DNA of 64,000 bases, taken from the NCBI GenBank assembly GCA_016938275.1, contig JAFGUZ010000169.1:1734-65733 (forward strand), in the 5' to 3' direction. The DNA comes from Candidatus Delongbacteria bacterium (GTDB lineage: Bacteria; UBA4055). A model generated the notes under the pieces. It worked only from the letters and a program-made list of their open reading frames with translations. It did not search any database and was not told where the DNA came from. This document shows, in pieces, positions 51,245 through 61,265 of the stretch. Position 1 is the first letter of the stretch; each line of letters opens with the position of its first letter. A program made the position numbers and the translations under genes.

Positions 51245-53236
51245 CTAATCATGACACAACGAACATTTAATATCATCGTTAGTTTTATGATTTCCACTGA
51301 ATGAAAAGCTCCATTCATCATGGCAACGTAGACAATCAAATGAAGCATTAACATGAAACTTAGAAGATGCTTTTAAAAAGTCAGTTTTATGACAATCATA
51401 ACAATTATTATGAGGTTTAGTAGTTCTGAAAGTAATATCATTTTCATGGCATTCATCACAATCGGCAATTTTATGAGAACCATTGAGTCTAAATCCCGAA
51501 AATTTATGTTTATAATCTAAAATACTCCATTCTTCAACATCATGACATTCGGAGCAATTACTATTTAAATAACCTTTATGATAATCTGAATGACAACTAA
51601 TACATGATGACGACACATTAAAATTATGATTCTTATGACAGACATTACAATCTGTTTGAGCATGCTTTCCAGCTTCGAACTTTTGGTTCTTGTGATCATA
51701 ATTTACATTCTTAAACTTAACATCATTATGACAGGTATTACACTTTAAGTCTAGATTATTATTATGGATATTCTCATGACAAAATTTACAATCAATTGAT
51801 TTATCCTCAAAAACTGCATTTTTTACATTTTTATAATCCGGACTGCTTCCACTCCACTTGTGACACTCTCTACATTTCAAATCTTTATGGCTGTTTACGG
51901 TTTTAAAATTTAGTTTATTATGATCAAATTTACCGGTATTTTTCCAATCAGTCTGATTATGACAATCCAAACAATTTTTACTCAATTGATTATTATGACG
52001 ATCTTCATGGCAGTCTAGACAAGTAACATCTTTATCAGAAATATAAAACTTATGCTCTTTTTTATGGCATTTACTACACTCTTTATCCTTGTGAGCCTCA
52101 ACTAGTTCATATTTTGCCAATCTTGTATGGTCGAAATTGTCTGCAATCTTAAAATTTTTCTGATTATGGCACTTCAGACATTCATCACTTAATGTATTTT
52201 TATGAACATCCTCATGGCAGCTTTGACAAGTGGAAAATTTCAATTTTCGATTAACTTTATGGCATTCAAAACATTTTAAATCTGCATGAGTATCCACTAG
52301 TTCGTAATTTGATACTTTCTTATGGTCAAAAGGTTTTAAATCTTTAAATGATGTTTCCTTATGACATAATTGACAATCTTTATCCTTAGTATCGAAAACA
52401 TTTTGGTGGTTTGATTCATGACAAGATGAGCAAGTTTTTTTATCAAGCTTGTACTCTCTGGTTTCATGGCAAGTATTACAACTTAATGTTCTATGAACAT
52501 CAACAAGTTTAAAACCTGTCGTATCATGATTAAAAATTTCTGGTTGAAAAAATGTTTTATCAAAAACACTGTGGCAAGCTTCGCATTTATTGCCAAGTTT
52601 TCCTTTATGAGGCTCATCTTTTCCGTGACAATCAATACAATTTTTCTTTTCAGTTTTAAATTTATATTCAGAGTGACACTTAAGACAAGTTAGCTTAGTA
52701 TGAGAACCCAAAATATCAAATTTATCATGTTTAAAACTATCATTCATTTTCTTGAAACTATTTGTATTATGGCATCTCTCACAATCATTATCAAACTCTT
52801 TATCATGTTTACTTTCATGGCATGTATGACAATTTGTAGACTCTACCATATACGTGGAATCACTTTTTGTATGGCAATTATTACAATTAACTCTAATATG
52901 ATTTCCAGTAAGTTTATATCCTGTTTCATCATGATTAAAGGATCCAATATTCAAATTTCTAGAATCATAATCTATTCCATGATGGTCAGAATGACACTTA
53001 AAACAATCCTCTTTCTTATCTTTATGATAACCTTTATTTTCGTCAATTCTCTTCTTTAAAACTTTATGACATGCTAAACACAAATCTTCAGATAAAGTTT
53101 TTTCAGAGGTGTGACATAATGAACAGCTATCCAGCGTATCGTAAGCAGAATGAGACTTTGTCAATTTTCCTGGACTGAAAATACTTGAAATTCCCAGAAC
53201 TGTCAGGATGAATATGAATAGAATTATTTTTTTCAT
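51245..53236 (-). CDS. 28-heme cytochrome c (c7-like triheme repeats)
   Basis: 28 CxxCH counted by hand; recurring F.H...(F/Y).L...H-CxxCH-CxxCH..H-CxxCH unit; N-terminal signal or anchor then SPG.L..SH. Confidence 0.93.
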   Translation of the reverse strand: MKKIILFIFILTVLGISSIFSPGKLTKSHSAYDTLDSCSLCHTSEKTLSEDLCLACHKVLKKRIDENKGYHKDKKEDCFKCHSDHHGIDYDSRNLNIGSFNHDETGYKLTGNHIRVNCNNCHTKSDSTYMVESTNCHTCHESKHDKEFDNDCERCHNTNSFKKMNDSFKHDKFDILGSHTKLTCLKCHSEYKFKTEKKNCIDCHGKDEPHKGKLGNKCEACHSVFDKTFFQPEIFNHDTTGFKLVDVHRTLSCNTCHETREYKLDKKTCSSCHESNHQNVFDTKDKDCQLCHKETSFKDLKPFDHKKVSNYELVDTHADLKCFECHKVNRKLKFSTCQSCHEDVHKNTLSDECLKCHNQKNFKIADNFDHTRLAKYELVEAHKDKECSKCHKKEHKFYISDKDVTCLDCHEDRHNNQLSKNCLDCHNQTDWKNTGKFDHNKLNFKTVNSHKDLKCRECHKWSGSSPDYKNVKNAVFEDKSIDCKFCHENIHNNNLDLKCNTCHNDVKFKNVNYDHKNQKFEAGKHAQTDCNVCHKNHNFNVSSSCISCHSDYHKGYLNSNCSECHDVEEWSILDYKHKFSGFRLNGSHKIADCDECHENDITFRTTKPHNNCYDCHKTDFLKASSKFHVNASFDCLRCHDEWSFSFSGNHKTNDDIKCSLCHD

Positions 53237-54459
53237 AGTAGATTTATATAGTTATACCCAACTTTAAAACTTATTAATATATGAACTATCAACAAGATAA
53301 ACATTATTATCGTTGCGACAATGTGAATTATATGCCATGACTTTAGAAGATTTCTATAACAAGTGAATCTAAAATATTGAAAATAAAGGACAGCAATTTT
53401 TTGCTCATCTTCACTGGTTATTCCTAAAGATTTAAAAAATCTAACCATACCAAACAAGACTGATTTTGGAATTTTCCTGGAGTCTTTTATCTTTTCTAAT
53501 CTATTTAGTAAATTTTGCAAATTTTCTTTATCTTCTGAATTTAAAATAATATGCTCTGCTTTAGCTAGAAACTCCATATGACTTTCATCGTAGAAAAAGA
53601 AAAATGAAAGTTTAGTGTAAACATATCTTCCCAATGCACCAGTAAGCACAGCAAGTAGTGTCGCTAAAAAAAGATAGAAAGCTAAAGTCTCACTATTAAA
53701 TTTAAACGCAGTATGCCAAATGATCAGAACAAAAGCCATTACACCCGTCGTCATATGAATCTTTAGATTTCGTTCCAGATTAAATTTTTCGTATCGTTTA
53801 AATCTTCTGATATAAACATAAAATAGGTTTATTAAAAAAAGTAAAGTCCCCACAATTCCAAGCATATGACCAACAAGTCCGCCGGGTTTAAGAAAAAAAT
53901 GTAGATCATTTTGAAGTCTCTGTTCGATCGGAGTTGAATAGTAGTTATAAAACATAAAAGCAGGAACAACCGTTATCATAATAAATAGAAGTGAAAGTAG
54001 ATAGTATTTCAAATTATCAAACGGTTTAAAATCCTCTTCACAACCTTCAATTAAAGCTCCAGTAGGACAAGCAATTATACAGGATTTATTTTCAAAACCT
54101 TTACACAAATCACACTTCATAACAGAGTCAGCTCTCCCACGCTTTTCTCTATTGTTAAATACTGCCGAAAGAACACCATTCGAACATTTCTTAACACACA
54201 ACGTACAGCTAATACATTTGGAATAATCAATTATAGGAATCTGTTTTTCATCGTCAATTGTAATGCATTTTACAGGACATGATGCCATACATGCATGATC
54301 TTCACAGATAAGACAATTTACAGTTTTACGTATGAATCCTACTTCTTCACCATATGGAATACGTCTATTTTGTCCGTGTCTATCAGCACAAGCTGTTTCA
54401 CAAAGTCCACAATCTATACATCTGTCAGTTCTGCAATATATTATATTTTTTCTACTCAT
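53233..54459 (-). CDS. 4x[4Fe-4S] ferredoxin domain fused to a His-rich cytochrome-b-like membrane domain
   Basis: Four Cys groups (CIDCGLCETAC, CLICEDHAC..SCP, CISCTLCVKKC, CDLC...C..ACP); about five TM helices with GHMLG, KIHM...IWH and WHIIH...IVH. Confidence 0.85.
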   Translation of the reverse strand: MSRKNIIYCRTDRCIDCGLCETACADRHGQNRRIPYGEEVGFIRKTVNCLICEDHACMASCPVKCITIDDEKQIPIIDYSKCISCTLCVKKCSNGVLSAVFNNREKRGRADSVMKCDLCKGFENKSCIIACPTGALIEGCEEDFKPFDNLKYYLLSLLFIMITVVPAFMFYNYYSTPIEQRLQNDLHFFLKPGGLVGHMLGIVGTLLFLINLFYVYIRRFKRYEKFNLERNLKIHMTTGVMAFVLIIWHTAFKFNSETLAFYLFLATLLAVLTGALGRYVYTKLSFFFFYDESHMEFLAKAEHIILNSEDKENLQNLLNRLEKIKDSRKIPKSVLFGMVRFFKSLGITSEDEQKIAVLYFQYFRFTCYRNLLKSWHIIHIVATIIMFILLIVHILISFKVGYNYINLL

Positions 54460-55279
54460 TCCAATTCACCTGATTATGACAAGTATAGCATGCTGTATCT
54501 TCAGTTGGTTCATGATGAGAATTAAAATCATCCTCATGACAATAGAAACAGATCAATTTATTATCTTCTGGCGGTATTCCCAAGTGACATGTCGAGCAAC
54601 TGTAAGTTGCATGTTCACCCTCAATTACAAAAGAGTGACTATAATTTTGTACATTCCAATTATCCAGATCGGTATGACAATCAAGGCAATTTGAATTATT
54701 TTCAAAGTATTGGTGAATCTCATTTTGATCTTCTCCAATGTGACAGTTCAGGCAAACATTACGATTGTCTATATAATTATCAAAATGGCAGGCTATACAA
54801 GTATAAATTTGATGATATTCGCCAATTACAAGTTTAGTATGAGTGTAATTTTGAACATACCAGTCTGAATCATTATGGCAAGTTTCACATGATGAACTGA
54901 AAAGATTTGTGAAATGATTTACATAACTGTCGCTTCCTGGACGTTCTGTAGCATGACAATTTATACACTGCTTACCGATATTATGATAATCTACTGTGTA
55001 TTCAGTCATTTGATGACATTCATAACAAGTAGTTTGAATATTGTTTAATTTGTGATTTGGAACTTTAGCCGTATCGTACATCTCTGTATGACATGAAATA
55101 CACTGAATATTTTTGTATTCAGAATCATCTATATGGCAGACATTACAATCCTCAACAATATGCCTACCCAATTGCTCTTCAGTGTGATAATCCTGAGGAG
55201 ATAAATTGTTTTTGACTTTTTCACCATCTATACATGAGATTGTAAGCGATATAAGTATAAGATATATTATAATTTTCAT
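54452..55279 (-). CDS. 11-heme cytochrome c lipoprotein
   Basis: Lipobox-like LTISC; 11 CxxCH counted by hand. Confidence 0.88.
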   Translation of the reverse strand: MKIIIYLILISLTISCIDGEKVKNNLSPQDYHTEEQLGRHIVEDCNVCHIDDSEYKNIQCISCHTEMYDTAKVPNHKLNNIQTTCYECHQMTEYTVDYHNIGKQCINCHATERPGSDSYVNHFTNLFSSSCETCHNDSDWYVQNYTHTKLVIGEYHQIYTCIACHFDNYIDNRNVCLNCHIGEDQNEIHQYFENNSNCLDCHTDLDNWNVQNYSHSFVIEGEHATYSCSTCHLGIPPEDNKLICFYCHEDDFNSHHEPTEDTACYTCHNQVNWNE

Positions 55280-56415
55280 TTATGATCCAATGAATACTTG
55301 AAAGTAATATTTGCTATCTGTCTTGCATGTTTTGCAGTATCAATTACAGTATCAAACCCAAAAATAAGCTTAAAATTTTCAGTTTTCCATATACCTGATA
55401 TTCTTGGCATTATTGTTAATACGATATCCGTATAATCACTGGAATTTGAAGATTCTGTAACTAATTCAAGCCCAGCCCTTAAAAGAAAATTTCTAGAAAA
55501 TTTCTCCGTTACTCCAGTTTCAAAATCAATATAATCACACCAATTATTACTTCCTGCAATAATGTCAGAATACATATCATAACCAAAAATAAATTTGTAA
55601 ATTTCAGAATTTACACCAAACTCCACAAATTTATATTCGCCATCTCTGTATTTTGAGTTTACGTTTAAATTGAATTTCTCGAAAGGAATGTAGGTTGATA
55701 AACCATAAGTAGAAAATCTTGATTTAGAATAGATCGTATCATTTATTGCATCTGTAAAATACAATTGATTTGAATAATCTGTTCTAAGAATAAATCTATC
55801 AAAATCGTATGAGATTTGAGCACTACCATTCTTTAAATTACTATCGCTGAAATTGTAATTAAAAATTCCTGAAAAACTTTTCTCTGAATCGTTGTAGTTT
55901 AAGAAATTACAGAAATAGTATTTCCCTTGGTCTTTATTTAAAGAAGTATTAAAACCTATTAACTCTGATGAAATTCTAACTCCGGTGAAAAAATTTGTTA
56001 CATCTGCACTAAACTTATCATAATCCACACTACTTCCCACACCTGTATAGAAACCTAATTTATCAGTACCATAAGGTTCGCTAAAAATATAAGCTCCATC
56101 ATACAAGCCTGATATGGAAGGTAAAGGTATAAAATATCTACCAAGTACCATTGTATAATGTTTTTTAATTAAACTCATTTCTAGTTTCTTGACTTGAAAG
56201 TAGTTGTCATTATAAGTTTCTGTAATTTTGTTTTTGAAGAATAAATCATAGTCATAAACTACATTTTCTCCGTAAAATCCATCAGATTTAAAACCTAATC
56301 CAGGGGACAAATAGTAATTGGATCTACTATCAATACTAAAGCCGGACTTTGAATAGAACTCCAAATTTCCGGCTAAAATAATATTTACGAATATTAGAAC
56401 AAGAAATAATTTCAC
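55276..56415 (-). CDS. Putative outer-membrane beta-barrel protein
   Basis: Signal peptide; rich in aromatics, Gly, Ser and Asn with alternating strands; position inside a cytochrome operon. Confidence 0.62.
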   Translation of the reverse strand: MKLFLVLIFVNIILAGNLEFYSKSGFSIDSRSNYYLSPGLGFKSDGFYGENVVYDYDLFFKNKITETYNDNYFQVKKLEMSLIKKHYTMVLGRYFIPLPSISGLYDGAYIFSEPYGTDKLGFYTGVGSSVDYDKFSADVTNFFTGVRISSELIGFNTSLNKDQGKYYFCNFLNYNDSEKSFSGIFNYNFSDSNLKNGSAQISYDFDRFILRTDYSNQLYFTDAINDTIYSKSRFSTYGLSTYIPFEKFNLNVNSKYRDGEYKFVEFGVNSEIYKFIFGYDMYSDIIAGSNNWCDYIDFETGVTEKFSRNFLLRAGLELVTESSNSSDYTDIVLTIMPRISGIWKTENFKLIFGFDTVIDTAKHARQIANITFKYSLDHK

Positions 56416-57242
56416 TATTTAACCAGTATCATCTTTCTTGAAAGTTCCTGATTTATTCCAGAAAATTTAACGAAATAAACACCACTTATTAATCTACTTC
56501 CATCAAAATTGAAAGAGTGTATTCCTGAGCTTAGTTTACCATTATAGACTTCTGCAACGATTTCTCCTTTTGCATTTACAACATTGAGTTTACCATAATC
56601 TTCCACATCAGATTTAAGTTCAATCGTTGTAGTTGGATTAAAAGGATTTGGATAGTTTGAAATATTCATATTGGAAGCCAAATTCTCATCAATACCAACA
56701 GGATTAACAAGTATATCAATGTTTTCACTTTGCTCATAATCGTTATTACCTACAAATGCGTAGGCTTTTAAAGTATAAGTTCCAGCGGTTTCAGGAGCTT
56801 TTAATGTCCAAGTCCAAACCAGACTTCCATCAGCTCTTTCGTTGTAATTAAATTTTGTAGTATTGCTATTAGGATCTTCAATTATTTCCCAACCTTTATT
56901 TTGAGGCATGTCAACAGTAGAACCATCAACGCTCATAAGATACACACCCATAATTTTACCAGCACCAGGATGGAACGGAGGATTGTAGCCAGGAGCTACT
57001 TCGTAAGTAAAGGTTATCTCTTCATTTATGTTTACTTCTACTTGTGTTGTTGTTAATACTAAGTTTTTTTGACCATTTGAAGGTCCTGAAGAGTGACATG
57101 ATCTACAGTATTGATTACCATACTTGTCAGTCAGATAACTTCCGTTCCAGTTTCCAGGAACATTACTGCCATTTGTGTAATGATTTGCATAGCCAAATGC
57201 AAAACCAACTAAAGCTACTATTGCTATTGCGATTATTTTCAC
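56415..57242 (-). CDS. Monoheme (CRSCH) Reeler/choice-of-anchor-V-like protein with T9SS-type CTD
   Basis: GTG start with AGGGG RBS, signal peptide, one CxxCH, WTWTLKAP..AGT and NYPNPFNP...KMILVK. Confidence 0.8.
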   Translation of the reverse strand: MKIIAIAIVALVGFAFGYANHYTNGSNVPGNWNGSYLTDKYGNQYCRSCHSSGPSNGQKNLVLTTTQVEVNINEEITFTYEVAPGYNPPFHPGAGKIMGVYLMSVDGSTVDMPQNKGWEIIEDPNSNTTKFNYNERADGSLVWTWTLKAPETAGTYTLKAYAFVGNNDYEQSENIDILVNPVGIDENLASNMNISNYPNPFNPTTTIELKSDVEDYGKLNVVNAKGEIVAEVYNGKLSSGIHSFNFDGSRLISGVYFVKFSGINQELSRKMILVK

Positions 57243-57430
57243 TTTTGATCCCCTTTTTCTCTCTAATAACGTGGTAATTAAATAAATATTTTAAAAAAGT
57301 ATACAAAAAAAATATTTAATTTTACATCTAGTTTATTAACTAAAAAAATAAATTCTGGTTACAATGATTTTAGCATTTTCATTTAATTAGTATAAAACTA
57401 GACTAAATCTGTCAATTATTTTGTTGGCTT

Positions 57431-57446
57431 TGTAACATATATTACA
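57431..57446. promoter_or_regulatory. Crp/Fnr-family (HcpR2-like) operator
   Basis: TGTAAC-ATAT-ATTACA near-palindrome about 55 nt upstream of 57503. Confidence 0.6.
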
Positions 57447-57502
57447 TTAAAGATTAAATCAATAGCTTATAATTTGATCATAAACTACGAAAGGAGAACA
57501 AA

Positions 57503-58336
57503 ATGATAAGAGAAATGGTAAAGATAGATAATGATAAATGTGATGGATGTGGATTATGTGTTCCAAATTGTCATGAGGGAGCATTGCAAATAATTGATGG
57601 TAAAGCAAGATTGATATCTGACCTAATGTGTGATGGTTTGGGGGCATGTATTGGACATTGTCCTCAAGGAGCTATCACGATTGAAAAAAGAGAAGCTATG
57701 CCATACGATGAGATTAAGGTATTAAAAGACAACATTATACCTGCTGGTAAAAATGTGTTAAAAGCTCATTTAGAACATCTACATGAGCATGGAGAAACTG
57801 AATATCTAAATGAAGCATTAAATTTTCTTAAGTCTGAAAATATAAATATTCCAGATTATAAAGCAGTAAAATTATGCTCAAGTGGTGGTTGTCCTGGCTC
57901 TGCAATAAAGGAGATAAAAAGAGAATCTGATGATTCAGTTAATGCAGAGACTCCATCAGAATTGACTCAATGGCCAGTTCAGTTACATTTAGCAAATCCA
58001 GCAGCTACCTATTTTAAAAATGCAGATCTTTTAGTTGCAGCAGATTGTACTGCTTTTACAATTGGTAATTTTCATTCAAAATATTTGAAAGGTAAAAAAC
58101 TTGTAATTGCTTGTCCAAAACTGGACTCAAATCAAGATGTTTATCTGAGAAAAATTAAAGCACTAATTGATCAAGCAGAAATCAATACATTAACAGTAAT
58201 GATTATGGAAGTTCCATGCTGTGGAGGTCTTGTTCAGCTAGTCAAAAATGCTGTAAATGATTCAAAGAGAAAAGTACCTGTAAAATTAATCATTGTTGGT
58301 ATAGAAGGTGTAATTAAAAAAAATGAATGGATTTAA
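57503..58336 (+). CDS. 4Fe-4S ferredoxin-domain protein (hcp-associated type)
   Basis: CDGCGLCVPNCHEGA, CDGLGACIGHCP, GCPGS, QWPVQL, ADC, ACPKLD and MEVPCCGG. Confidence 0.88.
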   Translation: MIREMVKIDNDKCDGCGLCVPNCHEGALQIIDGKARLISDLMCDGLGACIGHCPQGAITIEKREAMPYDEIKVLKDNIIPAGKNVLKAHLEHLHEHGETEYLNEALNFLKSENINIPDYKAVKLCSSGGCPGSAIKEIKRESDDSVNAETPSELTQWPVQLHLANPAATYFKNADLLVAADCTAFTIGNFHSKYLKGKKLVIACPKLDSNQDVYLRKIKALIDQAEINTLTVMIMEVPCCGGLVQLVKNAVNDSKRKVPVKLIIVGIEGVIKKNEWI

Positions 58337-58688
58337 AGAATTTGTTTAAGTTAAAAGTGCAATATTATAAAATGTTCTTTTTTGATACTCAAAATTAAAT
58401 AATATCAATAAATTAAAACAAAATTGAAAAAAACCGATCAAGTGATTGGTTTTTTTCAATTTAAATAATGAGATTACTACTTTTACAAGAACTATATTGA
58501 ATATTTCATAGTAATACTTTTTATGAAAATGAATTCTGCTTAAACGTTTCACTTATTAGAAAGTAACAGTATAAGTTTTCATTTGTTATACTCAGTTACC
58601 ATCTATTTGGGATTAAAAACTTTTTGTTTTTTCTCTTGTAATTTTACAATATTCTGAACTTATTACAAAAAAATTCAGGGGAGGATTG

Positions 58689-61250
58689 ATGATTAGGATT
58701 GTGTTCTTTTTGCTTATATCTATTTCGCTTTTTGGTAATAGTTTGGAGCAAAAGATAGATAAATATTCTGGAAAAAATGGTGAACAGCTTAAGAAGCTTC
58801 AAAGTGAAGTTAAAAATGATGAAAAAGTTTCTTCTGCTATAAGTTTTCTACTAGAGAATATGGCTCCAAATGACATTGGTACTATCACTGCTGAATATCT
58901 ACTAACAAATGTAAAATCAGCTTTGGAAAGTAGAAAACTGGAATTCAATAATTATTATGATGATGCAATTTTCAGGCATTTTGTGTTACCATATAGAGTC
59001 TCCCAAGAACCACTGGAAGATTATCGTGACAATTTTTACAAAGAACTCTTTCCAATTGTTAAAGATTGTAAAAATGTGGAAGAAGCTGTTGTACTTGTAA
59101 ATTTATGGATAAATGAAAAGCTTCATTTCAAATATACTTCTGGAAGAGATGCTGGTCCATTAACATGTATCAGACATGGATGGGGGAGATGTGAAGAATA
59201 CATGATATTATTTATAGCTGCCGCCAGATCCGTTGGAATTCCTGCACGTACTGTTTCAGCTCCATTTTGGAATTTTACCGATAATAATCACGCCTGGGTG
59301 GAGGTCTATACTCCTGAAGGTTGGAAGTATCTTGGAGATGATAATATTTTAAATGACAATTGGGTCGGTCATACTGCAAGAAGAGCAACATTGATAACTT
59401 CAGAAGCTTTTGGCGATTACAAAAGTGATGAAACTGTTCAAAGCAAAAATGGGGCAACTCTTTTAAGTTCAATCAAAAACTATACTTTTGAAAAGAAATG
59501 CAGTATTCATGTTTTTGATGTGAACAACAAGCCTCTTTCAGATGCAAAAGTTACTATTTATGGTGCTTCTTATGGCGGTTTGTTTCCAATGCTAAATACT
59601 GAGAGTGATGAAAATGGAAATGTTACTGTGCCTATGGGCACTGGAACAGTCTATATAACAGCTTCAAAAGATGGTAAAATTGCTGGCGGTGTATTGGATA
59701 TGATGAATAGTGAGAATCCAGAACTTTCACTTAAGTTATTAAATAATAAACTGGAAATACAAGATTTCAATTTTATGTTTCCTATGCCTGAAGAACTTAA
59801 AAAAGAGTTTCCAAAAAGTAAGTATCATTTTGAGGATAAATTTTCTCTAATGAAAAAGTTAATGGAAAGAACAAGAGATTTTGATCAATTGAAAAACAGA
59901 AAAAGTTTAAGATTTTTAGAATATTATGAGATTCTTTACAAAGATAAACCATATGATCAAAAGAAAGAGTTTATGGAAAAATGCGATAATCTCCATTTAG
60001 CATCAGATGATTACTTGAAATTATTTGATGAGATAAAAGATGATTCTCTGTCTTTAAAAATTCTTATAAACAAAATTCTTGTTAGTTCTACTAAAGATTT
60101 AACAGAAATCCCAAACTATAATAAGATTAAAGACGATCTTTATGTTTTGAAAAATGGCTTTGAAAGATTTTCTAAAAACTATACCGATTCTATTTTTATA
60201 AAAAATGTGATTACAAGTGGTTCTCCATCGCTGGCAATTGCAAAAAATGGATGGGAACTTGAATTTTCAAAAAAACTACTAAGTGTTCTAGATAAGGATA
60301 TCTCTAAATCGGCTGAAAAGATTAAAAAATGGGTAGATGAAAATTTAAAAGAAGATGAAGATTATGAATGGAGCTATTTTAGCGGAGCAATAAATCCATT
60401 AAATATTCTAAATATTGTGAATGTTCCAAAGGGTTATATGACAAAAGTTCTTTGGGAGGGTTTGAGATTATCTGGTATTCCTGTGAGATGGGAAGGTAGA
60501 ATAGAATATTATGATGGTAAAGAGTTTAAAGCTTTTGAAAATAACGAATCTAAAAAAGATGTTAAGGAAGAGAAGCCAGAATTATTAGTCAATGTCTCAG
60601 TTGATGGTGTTGATGTAAAGGCTGAACCTTTTGCAAATTTCCTTATCCTTAGTGATGATGGCGGATCTTTATACTACACATATTTTGATGGCGAACCAAA
60701 AGAAAATAGTTTTGCTTCTTATTACTTAAAAAAAGAGAATATTAACTATTACTTAATTGGGTCTACTAGAAACGATAATGGTGATGCCAATTTAAAAATT
60801 ATCCCTCTTACTGGTGATGAAAAAGAAGTTAAAATTGAATTAACTACACCTAAAGTCCATACAGATCAAAGTACAACTTTCAGTGAAGAGACAATTGCAA
60901 AAGTTAAAGATATGACTAAAGGGATGGAAGGTAAAAAAATTGTTATAGTTCGAGGTGAAACAAAGATTGAACCTGAAATTCGTATGATTGATCATGTGTT
61001 TAACAGAATGGAATCATTCAAAAAGAATAATGTGAAAATTGCTGTATATTCTACAGATCGTGATAATAAAGACCTTCTTGAAAGAGAAAGTTCCCTTGTG
61101 TCATTGACCGGTAGTAGCATAGCCCCAGAAATCTCATATTTAAATTATCCGCTAATATTCCTTCTTGATGAAAACAATGAGCTCATCTTCTCATATAAAG
61201 GATATAATATGGGTATTGGTCAATTACTGGAAACAAAAACAAAGAAATAA
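58689..61250 (+). CDS. Secreted transglutaminase-like domain protein
   Basis: VLPYRV, GRCEE, RSVGIPAR and NHAWVEV motifs; signal peptide. Confidence 0.85.
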   Translation: MIRIVFFLLISISLFGNSLEQKIDKYSGKNGEQLKKLQSEVKNDEKVSSAISFLLENMAPNDIGTITAEYLLTNVKSALESRKLEFNNYYDDAIFRHFVLPYRVSQEPLEDYRDNFYKELFPIVKDCKNVEEAVVLVNLWINEKLHFKYTSGRDAGPLTCIRHGWGRCEEYMILFIAAARSVGIPARTVSAPFWNFTDNNHAWVEVYTPEGWKYLGDDNILNDNWVGHTARRATLITSEAFGDYKSDETVQSKNGATLLSSIKNYTFEKKCSIHVFDVNNKPLSDAKVTIYGASYGGLFPMLNTESDENGNVTVPMGTGTVYITASKDGKIAGGVLDMMNSENPELSLKLLNNKLEIQDFNFMFPMPEELKKEFPKSKYHFEDKFSLMKKLMERTRDFDQLKNRKSLRFLEYYEILYKDKPYDQKKEFMEKCDNLHLASDDYLKLFDEIKDDSLSLKILINKILVSSTKDLTEIPNYNKIKDDLYVLKNGFERFSKNYTDSIFIKNVITSGSPSLAIAKNGWELEFSKKLLSVLDKDISKSAEKIKKWVDENLKEDEDYEWSYFSGAINPLNILNIVNVPKGYMTKVLWEGLRLSGIPVRWEGRIEYYDGKEFKAFENNESKKDVKEEKPELLVNVSVDGVDVKAEPFANFLILSDDGGSLYYTYFDGEPKENSFASYYLKKENINYYLIGSTRNDNGDANLKIIPLTGDEKEVKIELTTPKVHTDQSTTFSEETIAKVKDMTKGMEGKKIVIVRGETKIEPEIRMIDHVFNRMESFKKNNVKIAVYSTDRDNKDLLERESSLVSLTGSSIAPEISYLNYPLIFLLDENNELIFSYKGYNMGIGQLLETKTKK

Positions 61251-61265
61251 AAATTCAATTTTAAT

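Noticed and set aside
52493..54837. Several plus-strand ORFs of 66-120 aa
   Set aside because: Antisense to the cytochrome operon genes with no independent signals. The same applies to the other short antisense ORFs in the track (for example 18381-18818, 35617-35934, 61428-62417).
58346..58552. 68-aa minus-strand ORF
   Set aside because: Low-complexity AT-rich intergenic sequence with no RBS or recognisable motif.
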